Below are positions 47,219 through 56,437 of a stretch of 64,000 bases of DNA, piece by piece. The number at the start of each line of letters is the position of its first letter. Position 1 is the first letter of the stretch. Under the pieces are notes generated by a model. That model was given only the letters and a program-made list of their open reading frames with translations. It did no database searches and had not been told where the DNA came from. Source of the DNA: Klebsiella phage ZCKP1; sequence record MH252123.1. The stretch is one strand, 5' to 3'. The position numbers and the translations under genes were made by a program.

Positions 47219-48811
47219 TTAACGATCCTCTCTGATTTGATTAATCTTACGAGCAAGGGCAGCTATAAGCTTATCTTCTTCAGATACAGGAGCCGTGCTC
47301 TTACCTAAACGATGCATGTCTAGAATCTCTTGAACAGTCCGGTTCCATTGTAGACATTTAATACAACGTGTATGTGCAACATACAGAAGATTTCGTTCTG
47401 ATTCTTCAAGACCTACCCACTCACCCTTCTTATCATAATTAGAAGGAAAGTCATTTGCAACAATAACCTGATCCCATTCCAAACCTTTTGATTTGTGGGC
47501 TGTAGTTAAAGTAACTTTAGCCGTTGGAGAGTTACGGTGCATACGTAAAGTGTATGCAATATTATTAGCTTTACCAGAAACAACAATGTTTAAAAGTCGT
47601 TTTGCATCAGGATCTGATTCTGCACACTCTACAAATTCTTCCCAAGAAGTGTAAGGGAGAACTGTCTCATGCTTAACTTTGTCCAAATCACCTCTACGTA
47701 AAGCATTAACACTATCAACCATAGAAATGAAATCTTTGGTATCTACGTTAATAATAATCTCTTCTCCGTTAGCGATTCGGTCCATAGCTTCGAGCAACAG
47801 AGTCAAATTCTTACGGAAAATAATGGTGTAAGGTTTACTATAATCTACCACATCAGAATGAAAACTTCCAGTGACAGTATCATAACCTTTGCCTACCAGC
47901 GGATGCTTCAGAGGTGAACGATCAGAAAGGATCGCATTAGCAATGTCCGCAACTTTAGGACCAAAGCGAAAACAAGCTGTCAGAGGCAACTCAACCCCAT
48001 ATGTAGCCGTTTGCTTCATCATGTTCTGGCTTCCACGGAACTGATAAATACTCTGAAATTCATCACCCACAACAACAATACGTTTAGCCGATTTAGCATT
48101 GCGAAGGATAGACAGGAATGCAGGGTTAACATCCTGGAATTCATCTCCAAAAATAATATCGTATCCTAGATCTTCTTTGCTCAATTCAAAGAGTTTCACA
48201 TAGGTGTCATGAGTCATAATGGTTTCTGATTTAGGATCAATACGCTCACGCCAAAGTTGCTTCGCATATTTAACAACTTCGTTAATAAGTTTTTGTTCGT
48301 TGATGTTCTTACGTTTAAGATCTGACATATGCACTTTAGGAAAATGTTTATGTCCAATATGTTCATCGTCAGAAAACTCATATTTAGCTAAAGTTTGTTT
48401 TACCATTAACCCGATCATTGCACGAGTCAGTAGCACTTTACCATTCTTATCGATCAAGTTTTGAATCTTGAATTTTTTGGCAATCTCGCTACCAGTTCCA
48501 GCTACGTTAACATATTGACCTTCTGGACGAGACAATTTGTGTCGAAGGTTTTGTGGAAGACGCTGGTAACAGATTGAATGTAGCGTTCGGCACATAACAT
48601 TAGGCGGCATTTTACGTCGAGCTTCCTCTGCCATACTTTTGTTAAATGCCAAATATAGAATACTATCATTTGTGCCATTAGCCAACATATACAGTGTTGA
48701 CGTTTTACCTGATCCAGATTTAGCTTGAATTGTAACGAAACGATTTTCTTTATACCCGCTTTCAATAGCATATTGTTCATCAGTAGGTGTAAAACTCAAT
48801 TGTGTAGACAC
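47219..48811 (-). CDS. SF1 DNA helicase (Dda/RecD-like)
   Basis: Walker A (AKSGSGKTST), a DExx box (VVVGDEFQ) and a C-terminal motif (TTAHKSKGLEWDQVIV). Confidence 0.8.
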   Translation of the reverse strand: MSTQLSFTPTDEQYAIESGYKENRFVTIQAKSGSGKTSTLYMLANGTNDSILYLAFNKSMAEEARRKMPPNVMCRTLHSICYQRLPQNLRHKLSRPEGQYVNVAGTGSEIAKKFKIQNLIDKNGKVLLTRAMIGLMVKQTLAKYEFSDDEHIGHKHFPKVHMSDLKRKNINEQKLINEVVKYAKQLWRERIDPKSETIMTHDTYVKLFELSKEDLGYDIIFGDEFQDVNPAFLSILRNAKSAKRIVVVGDEFQSIYQFRGSQNMMKQTATYGVELPLTACFRFGPKVADIANAILSDRSPLKHPLVGKGYDTVTGSFHSDVVDYSKPYTIIFRKNLTLLLEAMDRIANGEEIIINVDTKDFISMVDSVNALRRGDLDKVKHETVLPYTSWEEFVECAESDPDAKRLLNIVVSGKANNIAYTLRMHRNSPTAKVTLTTAHKSKGLEWDQVIVANDFPSNYDKKGEWVGLEESERNLLYVAHTRCIKCLQWNRTVQEILDMHRLGKSTAPVSEEDKLIAALARKINQIREDR

Positions 48812-48825
48812 GTATTTCTCCTCTC

Positions 48826-49335
48826 TTAATAAAAACTCTTGACAATCCTCATCATTTCCTTAGCTCTGCTGGCATAAGGTTCTTTTAGATTAGGTGGCAA
48901 ATGTGCATTAATGTACCCCATTTGTTTTTCCCATGTCCACTTATCTTTAAATCTTGGCATGGTATCTCCTGCTAAACTGTTTTCTTTTCGTGTTTGAATG
49001 ATCCAATTACATGGAAAATGCACACCACCTTTACGGAAGGGAATATAATGCCCCAATGTGAATGCCTTATTGTTCTTTAAACGTCCAGCTAAATTAAGAT
49101 TAACAATAAGACTACGAAACACGTAGTATTGATAAAGATTGTCAACAGTATATACAGAGTAGTATGCTCTAAGTGCATTATCTCTACTAAGATTACCAAC
49201 ATCCAAACTGCACCAGTTTAAATTACTTGGATCGTAGTTGTGATTATCAATCCATTCTTCTCTTTCCTCAAATTCTGCATTAACAGCAGATTGCCCTGCT
49301 GTAGATACAAAAAGAGAATTTGCATCAAAGAACAT
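48826..49335 (-). CDS. hypothetical protein (weak HNH-like segment)
   Basis: GHYIPFRKGG...NWII resembles a degenerate HNH core. Confidence 0.35.
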   Translation of the reverse strand: MFFDANSLFVSTAGQSAVNAEFEEREEWIDNHNYDPSNLNWCSLDVGNLSRDNALRAYYSVYTVDNLYQYYVFRSLIVNLNLAGRLKNNKAFTLGHYIPFRKGGVHFPCNWIIQTRKENSLAGDTMPRFKDKWTWEKQMGYINAHLPPNLKEPYASRAKEMMRIVKSFY

Positions 49336-49345
49336 ACTCCCTCCT

Positions 49346-49756
49346 TTAGTTTACATCGTTTAGAGCATTACCAATCTTTAAGATAATAACATCGTTAAGA
49401 GCTTCTTCTCCATTAAGACCAGAGAAAGCAGGAGTAACGAAAGTTACCATATAATAATGGTCTTCTTGTAGGATTGCGATAACGCCGTCTAGTTTAACAT
49501 CTCCTGTGAAACGAAAAACTTTCAACTTTTGTTCTAAAGGAAGATCTCCTTCAACATTTAAAACCATATCTCCGACACCAAACTTTTCTGCCCCGATGTA
49601 GATGTAAGCTTGGTCCTCTTTTTTATGGTAATACAATGTTGCTTGTTTGTCTTGTAGTGTTGTGATACCAAACACATCTACATCAATAATATTTTTCAAA
49701 AATTCTCCTCCCAAATCCAATAATTGTCTACATAAGTAGGATGCTTTTTGTCCCAC
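49346..49756 (-). CDS. hypothetical protein
   Basis: 136 aa. Confidence 0.35.
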   Translation of the reverse strand: MGQKASYLCRQLLDLGGEFLKNIIDVDVFGITTLQDKQATLYYHKKEDQAYIYIGAEKFGVGDMVLNVEGDLPLEQKLKVFRFTGDVKLDGVIAILQEDHYYMVTFVTPAFSGLNGEEALNDVIILKIGNALNDVN

Positions 49757-50064
49757 TCTTTTCTAGCCCAGGCCACGGCTGCTACCAATACATCTCCATG
49801 ACAAGGTTGAGGGGAGCAGAAGCAAACTAAATCTTTCCCTTCTAACTCTAATAAATCTTCAAGAGTGATCTTACCACAACGAATTTGCTCCCACAACCAC
49901 TCTTTATACCTTTGTATAGTTGATCCTCGTGGTTCATCATCTTTTAACTTAAAAGGGTTTGCAAACTTAGAGGCTTTTAGTCCCATATGTGGCATTGCTC
50001 TACCAATATAAACAGCACCATCTGGGATTGTTTTGCCTAAATGGTAAAAGTTTAATACCTTCAT
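49696..50064 (-). CDS. hypothetical protein with conserved Cys/His motif
   Basis: 122 aa with LVCFCSPQPCHGDVL. Confidence 0.4.
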   Translation of the reverse strand: MKVLNFYHLGKTIPDGAVYIGRAMPHMGLKASKFANPFKLKDDEPRGSTIQRYKEWLWEQIRCGKITLEDLLELEGKDLVCFCSPQPCHGDVLVAAVAWARKEWDKKHPTYVDNYWIWEENF

Positions 50065-50065
50065 A

Positions 50066-50428
50066 TTAACCTAAACACATACGTGCGATCAGACCTTGGA
50101 TGAGTTTATCTGCTTCTTCACGATCATAGTCGGTATCTTCTATACCACCATCTTCGTCACGATAAACTTTACCTTCTAGGTAGCCAGCATCGATCAAACC
50201 AATAATCAAATCGAACTGCCAGCAAGAGTTACCGAAAGGGCGTTTTCCACTGAAACTATCTTCTTCTTCCCAAAGCGTAGAGAGCAGTCGTCTGAAATAT
50301 TCACGCACAGTAACAGTGCCAAGATCATCGTCTTCAAAAACAACATCTAAAGCATCTGGTTCAGCTTTCTCTACAACAGGCACATAACGTTGACCATTAA
50401 TAACAACATCTACGATTGTTTCTCTCAT
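50066..50428 (-). CDS. hypothetical protein
   Basis: 120 aa. Confidence 0.4.
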   Translation of the reverse strand: MRETIVDVVINGQRYVPVVEKAEPDALDVVFEDDDLGTVTVREYFRRLLSTLWEEEDSFSGKRPFGNSCWQFDLIIGLIDAGYLEGKVYRDEDGGIEDTDYDREEADKLIQGLIARMCLG

Positions 50429-50787
50429 TTTTCCTCCTTTTTGTATTCAATGAACATATCTGCATAGTAAGCTTTACGTTCTTCAAATTTAGCAGGGTTT
50501 ACCACAATGAACAACACCTTTCGGTTGTCTTGTGGTTCTTTGACTGTAATATATAAATCTTTTGTGCAATAGAAACCTGTGGCTTTGTAAGCGTCACCCC
50601 AATTATCCACTCCACGATCTATACGATCAAACTTGCAGTTATACTTTTTATCATCCACCTGGTAGACAGCTTCACCACCATACCAAGTGAAGAATTGGCT
50701 ACCTTCCACCCCAATCTTGAAACCATCACGGGCGGCTGTAGCATTGGTGGCAATCATCAACATCAGGACACAAAGTAGCCTTTTCAT
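50425..50787 (-). CDS. secreted hypothetical protein
   Basis: Signal peptide MKRLLCVLMLMIATNATA. Confidence 0.45.
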   Translation of the reverse strand: MKRLLCVLMLMIATNATAARDGFKIGVEGSQFFTWYGGEAVYQVDDKKYNCKFDRIDRGVDNWGDAYKATGFYCTKDLYITVKEPQDNRKVLFIVVNPAKFEERKAYYADMFIEYKKEEK

Positions 50788-51093
50788 TTAGAATTCCTCT
50801 TCAGTCTTCTGTCGGTTTTTGAAGAATACTACGTCATATACCTCTCCGTAACCATCATTCACACAAAACATAATAAAACGATCATCTTCTGCTGTTGGTG
50901 CACGATGTTCAAGTTCAAAACTTTCAATAAAACCGCGTGAATTTACGTAGTAGATTTCATCCTCACCAGAGAACATCCAATCCCTGTCTATCAGATAGAA
51001 AGCTAAACTCACAGGCGACAACTCATCCTTCACAGAATCATTGTACAGCATGTGGGCTGCAACTGCCAAGCTTAAAGTCGGATTATACAACAT
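50788..51093 (-). CDS. hypothetical protein, paralog pair member 1
   Basis: Its C-terminus (FIMFCVNDGYGEVYDVVFFK) is paralogous to the next gene. Confidence 0.4.
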   Translation of the reverse strand: MLYNPTLSLAVAAHMLYNDSVKDELSPVSLAFYLIDRDWMFSGEDEIYYVNSRGFIESFELEHRAPTAEDDRFIMFCVNDGYGEVYDVVFFKNRQKTEEEF

Positions 51094-51440
51094 TACACCT
51101 CCTCGTCAGACTCATCTGCTTTAGAGAATACAACATTAAACGTTTCACCGCAACCATTATTTACGAAATACATGATAAAGTTTTCATCTTCGTCTACAGG
51201 GCCACGGTATTCCAGTTCGTAGCTATACAGAGAACTATCGCTTGTGGCTCCCTGCGGATACCAGAAATAGATCTCATCGAAAGATTTAACCCACTTCAAA
51301 CCTGTACGATCCTCAAACACTAATGAGGAAGGATTGTCAGCATCTTTGACAGCTTCTTCATAATCCTGGTGGAACTTGACTGCTGTTGATAATGTGCTCA
51401 TTATGCCTCCTCGTAATGTTTGCAAACAACGTGTCTCCAC
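51093..51440 (-). CDS. hypothetical protein, paralog pair member 2
   Basis: FIMYFVNNGCGETFNVVFSK. Confidence 0.4.
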   Translation of the reverse strand: METRCLQTLRGGIMSTLSTAVKFHQDYEEAVKDADNPSSLVFEDRTGLKWVKSFDEIYFWYPQGATSDSSLYSYELEYRGPVDEDENFIMYFVNNGCGETFNVVFSKADESDEEV

Positions 51441-51593
51441 GTCTTCTTATAATGTTCTCGCTTCGTCATAGCTTCTTGATAAGAGGGAATACGCTGTAAC
51501 AGAAGTCTCCATTCGCAGTCTACGCCCATACGTCCGTACAAAGCATAACGAACATTGTTTTTCTTGTCTTGCATACTCCCTCCGATCAGTTAA

Positions 51594-51791
51594 TTAAACT
51601 TTTTCCCAAGTACCAAAAGCACAGGAAGGGTAGATTCCAACTTGAGGGTTTCCGTTATCATCTTTGAAAGTAAAACTGTTGTTGTCTTTATCAAGAACTG
51701 TAGAATAAATCTTACCAACAGTAACGCAGTTGGAAGCTTGACCCAGTTCAGTGAGAGTAAGACATTTCATTTTCTGTTTCTTTGTAGCCAT
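51594..51791 (-). CDS. hypothetical protein
   Basis: 65 aa. Confidence 0.35.
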   Translation of the reverse strand: MATKKQKMKCLTLTELGQASNCVTVGKIYSTVLDKDNNSFTFKDDNGNPQVGIYPSCAFGTWEKV

Positions 51792-51874
51792 TTATAAAAA
51801 TCTCCTTAGTAAGTGAATCTTTATTCTACACAAAGAGCTTTACACATGTCAAGTAACTCTTTGTCAGATTAGTC

Positions 51875-52144
51875 TTAATGATTGGTGATGTTGATGACAA
51901 TCTTAGTTTCAACCTTAGCCCAACAGGAGTCTGCTTCATTAAAACGACTATTCACAATGTATTCTCCTGCACGAGAACCTGTTAAACACACTGCACCTGT
52001 ATCTGTAGCCAAATAGTATTCTCGTTCTTGTTCATCTACTTCTGCAATGTAATAGTAGAAAACAGACATAGGTTCAATTTCAGATAAACGGTATAACTTT
52101 GGAACAGGGGATTTCTCGATAAACTCAACAGAAGTTTTACTCAT
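51875..52144 (-). CDS. hypothetical protein
   Basis: 89 aa. Confidence 0.35.
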   Translation of the reverse strand: MSKTSVEFIEKSPVPKLYRLSEIEPMSVFYYYIAEVDEQEREYYLATDTGAVCLTGSRAGEYIVNSRFNEADSCWAKVETKIVINITNH

Positions 52145-52377
52145 TTGTTTTCTCCTAGATCTAAACTAATTAAAAAGTCACGAAGGATGATCATTTGTTC
52201 TGTAGATAATGATAATACACCTTCTCCATAAATATCACCAGACCATTCAGCAGTTAGATCTAGTGTACCAGTACCAGGAAACCAATCAATAGTGATCTGA
52301 TTACCATTAGAGTCAGGTAGTATTTCACTAACTAACATAACACACTCTCCTATTATTGTTCTTGATCTTACGATCAT
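52141..52377 (-). CDS. hypothetical protein
   Basis: 78 aa. Confidence 0.35.
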   Translation of the reverse strand: MIVRSRTIIGECVMLVSEILPDSNGNQITIDWFPGTGTLDLTAEWSGDIYGEGVLSLSTEQMIILRDFLISLDLGENK

Positions 52378-52514
52378 CTACCGATAAGAACAAGTACTTA
52401 AATCTCTGTTCTTCGAACATCTAACGATAGAGATTAATCTATTACATAATCTATACTCGCTATCGCTCGACCCTTCGGGGTTAGGGTAGCATATTTTTTG
52501 AAAAAAGTCAACAC

Positions 52515-52832
52515 TTATTTTTTGGTAAGTAGATAAATCAATTGTTCACCTGCTTCTGGTGCATATAGTGCTTTAGTATCGAAGTCAAAGAAGTGAGTGA
52601 CTCCTGTTACTTTGGATGCATGAATAGATAATCGTGCAAGCTTAAGCAGATTATCCATTTCCGCAATCTTTGCACGAAATACTGCACGTGTAGCGTCAAA
52701 AGCTGCATGTGGCATGTATTTACGATTTAGACTACTACGTTTAAATTTACGATAATCTGCAATGATCCTGTTACGTTCTTTGTTCAAGTGCTTTACCAGT
52801 GCAGTATATACATGTGGTTCTTTGTTAGCCAT
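52515..52832 (-). CDS. hypothetical basic protein
   Basis: Start set at the ATG (MANKEPH) that has RBS AAGAGGAG. Confidence 0.4.
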   Translation of the reverse strand: MANKEPHVYTALVKHLNKERNRIIADYRKFKRSSLNRKYMPHAAFDATRAVFRAKIAEMDNLLKLARLSIHASKVTGVTHFFDFDTKALYAPEAGEQLIYLLTKK

Positions 52833-53037
52833 TGTTAATCTCCTCTTCATATGTTGGTAGTGCATGGTATGCGATCACAGGTGCCAAGTCAAAATAAAAA
52901 TGACCATTGATAACAGCTATCGTGCCATTGCGTGTTTTGTTAACTTCACAGAATCCTTTCTTGCCGTCTGCCATGATTACAAGCCACTCTCCGATAGGAA
53001 CATCCTTGGTGCCAGATACTTTAATCCACCCACTCAT
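52825..53037 (-). CDS. hypothetical protein
   Basis: 70 aa. Confidence 0.35.
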   Translation of the reverse strand: MSGWIKVSGTKDVPIGEWLVIMADGKKGFCEVNKTRNGTIAVINGHFYFDLAPVIAYHALPTYEEEINNG

Positions 53038-53291
53038 TTTACTTCCCCTTTGTAATCGGACACTATACCAGGTCTTACTTTTGCCTTAAGATGTTTCAAC
53101 TCTGCCATAGGAGTTGCCACTTGTATAGGGTTAACTTCAACCTCGTAGATAGTATACTCATAACCCGCATACTTCCCGATGGAATGCAGATATTTGATAG
53201 CATGTTCAGGTGAATCTGCTTCAACATACCCCAAATCTTTTGTAGTGCGGCCTTCACAGTCGCCTTCTGTAGTTACGTGATAAAGTGTCAT
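53034..53291 (-). CDS. hypothetical protein
   Basis: 85 aa. Confidence 0.35.
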   Translation of the reverse strand: MTLYHVTTEGDCEGRTTKDLGYVEADSPEHAIKYLHSIGKYAGYEYTIYEVEVNPIQVATPMAELKHLKAKVRPGIVSDYKGEVK

Positions 53292-53433
53292 AAAACCTCC
53301 TCATAGTAAGGCAGAGCCTTGATTAATTGTTCTGAAGTGCCATTCTGCACCCACGTAATGCCGTTGTCAAGAGAAACATAGCCTTTCTTATCAACAAACT
53401 TACGAAGACAACCAGTGAACATGTTTTTGTAGA

Positions 53434-53877
53434 TCATTTCTTCTTTCCTTTCTTTAATTTGTTGTGACCTTTACCCTTATAAAGCTTGTGATTACGAGCA
53501 GACGGGTTATTTTGGTTCTCCAGTCGGCTAACAGGTGTATTCCAAAGGTTTCCTGCTACAAAAGATGCTGCCACAAGTTCTTCCAGGTATACAAAATCCA
53601 AAGCAGGTATCTTTGTTTCCCTCATCTCGCGTTCTACATTAGACAACACTCCTTCTTCCTTACTGTCTTCTTTTTCAAGTACAGACCAACCCTCTTCCTG
53701 CCAAGCTTCCCCTCTGAACCAAGTTTCCATGTTATAACCTTGTTCGTCGAGAATAACACCATCTCGCATCTCAAACCATTCGCCACCACAAAAATGGCGG
53801 TGCTCAACACGTCTACCTTCCTTCATTGCTTCTTTAGCTTCGGGCCAAGTCAGTTTGATGTTTTGGATGTTTTGCAT
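53434..53877 (-). CDS. hypothetical protein with Lys-rich C-terminus
   Basis: 147 aa. It is the first gene of the leftward transcription unit, with RBS AAGGAG. Confidence 0.4.
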   Translation of the reverse strand: MQNIQNIKLTWPEAKEAMKEGRRVEHRHFCGGEWFEMRDGVILDEQGYNMETWFRGEAWQEEGWSVLEKEDSKEEGVLSNVEREMRETKIPALDFVYLEELVAASFVAGNLWNTPVSRLENQNNPSARNHKLYKGKGHNKLKKGKKK

Positions 53878-53894
53878 TTGTTTTCTCCTTTTGT

Positions 53895-53970
53895 TTGGTA
53901 GGAGTTGATCTTAACAAGATTAAAAAGTATGTCAATACTTGATCTGAAATTATTTTCAGGTATCATGTAT
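53895..53970. promoter_or_regulatory. divergent promoter region
   Basis: On the - strand TTGACAtactttttaatcttgtTAAGAT precedes the 53877 gene. On the + strand TTGATC-16-TATCAT precedes the 53992 gene. Confidence 0.45.
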
Positions 53971-53991
53971 GAACATTAACAAGAGAGGTAG

Positions 53992-54285
53992 ATGATGAAC
54001 ATTACTTTAGCAACTAAGAATATTTCTGAGACAATTAACGGTTTTGGTGTCATTGTAGCCTTACACGGTAACAACGAGAAATGGTTGGCTTCTTTTGAAG
54101 AGGATCGTCAGCACAACATTATTTTAGATGCTCCTATAAAAGTTATGCATATCGTTGGTGAAAGCAAAGTGCTCACTTCCTCCCGTTCAAAAGAACAAAT
54201 TACAAATGAATTAGTAAAACTGCTTGACAATGTTCTTAACATGTTTGATAATGCACCCATCGATACAAAACGTGTCTTAATGTGA
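53992..54285 (+). CDS. hypothetical protein
   Basis: 97 aa. Confidence 0.4.
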   Translation: MMNITLATKNISETINGFGVIVALHGNNEKWLASFEEDRQHNIILDAPIKVMHIVGESKVLTSSRSKEQITNELVKLLDNVLNMFDNAPIDTKRVLM

Positions 54286-54297
54286 GAGGAGAACAAA

Positions 54298-54585
54298 ATG
54301 TACTATTCACAAGACGAAGTAGCAAACATTAAACTGGCAGTGGGAGATCTTATTGTGTCACCTAACTACTATTGGGATAACACAGATTTGGTTGAAGTAG
54401 TAACCCATGTTGGAGTTGAAGGTATTGTGCTCTACACACTAGGTGGAGGTGTTGTTGGGGAAATGGAACGTTATACGACAACGAAGAAACTGGTAAGCTC
54501 TTATCACATGTTTTTACACCAAGGTTCGGAAGAGTATACAGCTTTCTTGTTGAAATTAGATGCAGATCGGGAGAAGGCACGATGA
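54298..54585 (+). CDS. hypothetical protein
   Basis: 95 aa, RBS GAGGAGAA. Confidence 0.4.
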   Translation: MYYSQDEVANIKLAVGDLIVSPNYYWDNTDLVEVVTHVGVEGIVLYTLGGGVVGEMERYTTTKKLVSSYHMFLHQGSEEYTAFLLKLDADREKAR

Positions 54586-54938
54586 AAATTGTACACGATG
54601 AAATTCAAATAGAAGAAAGTGACCTGATGGATTTGGATGCAGCTTTGGGGAAGGTAATCTATGCAGGAATTAAAGCCTTCCGTGAGAAGGCAAACAATAG
54701 CACGTTTGTCATGATCCCCACTAAACTGATGCGTGTTTTGTATCCAAATAGAAGTGCGCCGTATACAAATGAAGAAGAGGAGACAGGTAGAAGAGAGTGG
54801 TTAAATATTTTAGAAAAGATGGAGAATGCTTTTATTGATAGTGGTAATCCAGAAATCGTGTATGCTGAAGATCAAAGGAAGGCACGGTTAGAGGGCCGTC
54901 TTTTATTCGCTAGTTATTTTGATAATCTTTGGAGCTAA
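54582..54938 (+). CDS. hypothetical protein
   Basis: 118 aa. Confidence 0.4.
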   Translation: MKIVHDEIQIEESDLMDLDAALGKVIYAGIKAFREKANNSTFVMIPTKLMRVLYPNRSAPYTNEEEETGRREWLNILEKMENAFIDSGNPEIVYAEDQRKARLEGRLLFASYFDNLWS

Positions 54939-55117
54939 ATATGTCTGAATTCTTCACAATGGCTTTCTTAGGGATCTATCTGATTATTAGTGCTGTTGGC
55001 TTAATCATGTCTCTAATAGAGGAAATGGGAATTAAGTGGAATTGTGCATTCGGTATAGCTCTTATGCTCACTCCAGTTTGGATCTACATTTGCAAATCGG
55101 TTGAACTAATTGGTTAA
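54929..55117 (+). CDS. small membrane protein
   Basis: 62 aa with two TM segments. Confidence 0.4.
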   Translation: MELNMSEFFTMAFLGIYLIISAVGLIMSLIEEMGIKWNCAFGIALMLTPVWIYICKSVELIG

Positions 55118-55466
55118 TGGAGGTAATATGTTTAGTAAAGAAATGAGAGAGGTGATCGCTACTCTGGTAGTTGATCATGGTGTTGAAGTTGAGCGTCACG
55201 TTTGGAAAGACGAGCCTCCTTTCTTTGATTTGGCATCACGGGCTAAAAGTCACATGTATCTCCTTGAAGATGATAAGGATTTTATTCTGCGTATGCGTTA
55301 TGATCGAGAGTTTAGAATTCCTCTTGACACAGATCCTGATGATGTAGTATTGTGGTTGGCAGAGCATTTCGCATTTAACGCTCTACATGGAAGAAGTTTT
55401 GGTAATGAACGTTGGGATACCATTTGTCGTAAACATAATATTGAACCAGAATACGGGAGTATGTAA
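55110..55466 (+). CDS. hypothetical protein
   Basis: 118 aa. Confidence 0.4.
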   Translation: MVNGGNMFSKEMREVIATLVVDHGVEVERHVWKDEPPFFDLASRAKSHMYLLEDDKDFILRMRYDREFRIPLDTDPDDVVLWLAEHFAFNALHGRSFGNERWDTICRKHNIEPEYGSM

Positions 55467-55717
55467 TGTTAAGCGTTAAGCCTAAGATGATCAGTGAAGA
55501 CCAGAAAGATTTCATTTACAAGTGTGGACGAATCTGGAGAGAGTATACCAAGGGTAACGAGGTCGTGGTGGTTACTGAACACCAGATTGAAATCTCTGAT
55601 CTTTTCGGTGATTATTTGCAAGTGATCAAATTAGGCATTGACAGAGGTTTGGTGCAGGTGTTAACATTATCCCAAGTTGAAGCAGAACACTTAGACAAAA
55701 TCATTGTCGAGTTCTAA
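55466..55717 (+). CDS. hypothetical protein
   Basis: 83 aa. Confidence 0.4.
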   Translation: MLSVKPKMISEDQKDFIYKCGRIWREYTKGNEVVVVTEHQIEISDLFGDYLQVIKLGIDRGLVQVLTLSQVEAEHLDKIIVEF

Positions 55718-55895
55718 GAGGAGAAAGAATATGATCTCTTTAGAATCAATAGCTTTTAAGAAAGGGTATACCGCAGGGTTCAAGTTTGGTATGTTTAATA
55801 AAGTAAATCCATACTGTCCAATGACACACAAAAAGGAATTCGAAGAATGGGAAGATGGATTTTCTAAAGGCTACCAGGCAAAGGGTTGGTTGTAA
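55704..55895 (+). CDS. hypothetical protein
   Basis: 63 aa, RBS GAGGAG. Confidence 0.4.
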   Translation: MSSSKRRKNMISLESIAFKKGYTAGFKFGMFNKVNPYCPMTHKKEFEEWEDGFSKGYQAKGWL

Positions 55896-55904
55896 GGAGA
55901 GAAT

Positions 55905-56069
55905 ATGATTTTAAACTTCATCATCAACTTGTGTTTGACATTGGGACTACTCTGTGCAATAGTATCCCCTCTGGTTGGTGAATATTGTTCTGAATTGGCG
56001 ATGTTTATAGTTCTTGGTGCGGCTATTGCTAATATGTTTGTCGCTGCGATTTGTATGTTGTGGGAATAG
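55905..56069 (+). CDS. small membrane protein (54 aa)
   Basis: ATG with RBS AGGAGAG. It has two hydrophobic helices and is below the ORF-track cutoff. Confidence 0.35.
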   Translation: MILNFIINLCLTLGLLCAIVSPLVGEYCSELAMFIVLGAAIANMFVAAICMLWE

Positions 56070-56080
56070 GAGGGAAGTTT

Positions 56081-56437
56081 ATGAAAAAATTAATCTTAGC
56101 CACATTGCTGGCTACCGTAAGCTTCACCACTTACGCTCAAAAATTTGTAGCAGTTAAAACGGATATTGGTAAAGATGTTGTGATCACAGGCAACAAGTTT
56201 TACTATACACCTGGGAATGGTGTTCTAGAAGAGTGCAAAGATGTTGAGGCATATACAGGAAAAGAAGATAACACGGAACGTCCTTTTTATTCGATTATAG
56301 CTACTTGCAAAAATGAAATAGTAGCTATTAAACAATACAAAGATGCACCTGGAGGAGAGTACTTATTAGTCAAGAATATTAAGAGTGAAAAAACTGCAAA
56401 GTTTACAGTAATTATTTTAAAAGGAGAAACGTTCTAA
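56081..56437 (+). CDS. secreted hypothetical protein
   Basis: Start set at MKKLILATLLATVSFTTYAQ (signal peptide) with RBS AGGAGGGAAG. Confidence 0.5.
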   Translation: MKKLILATLLATVSFTTYAQKFVAVKTDIGKDVVITGNKFYYTPGNGVLEECKDVEAYTGKEDNTERPFYSIIATCKNEIVAIKQYKDAPGGEYLLVKNIKSEKTAKFTVIILKGETF

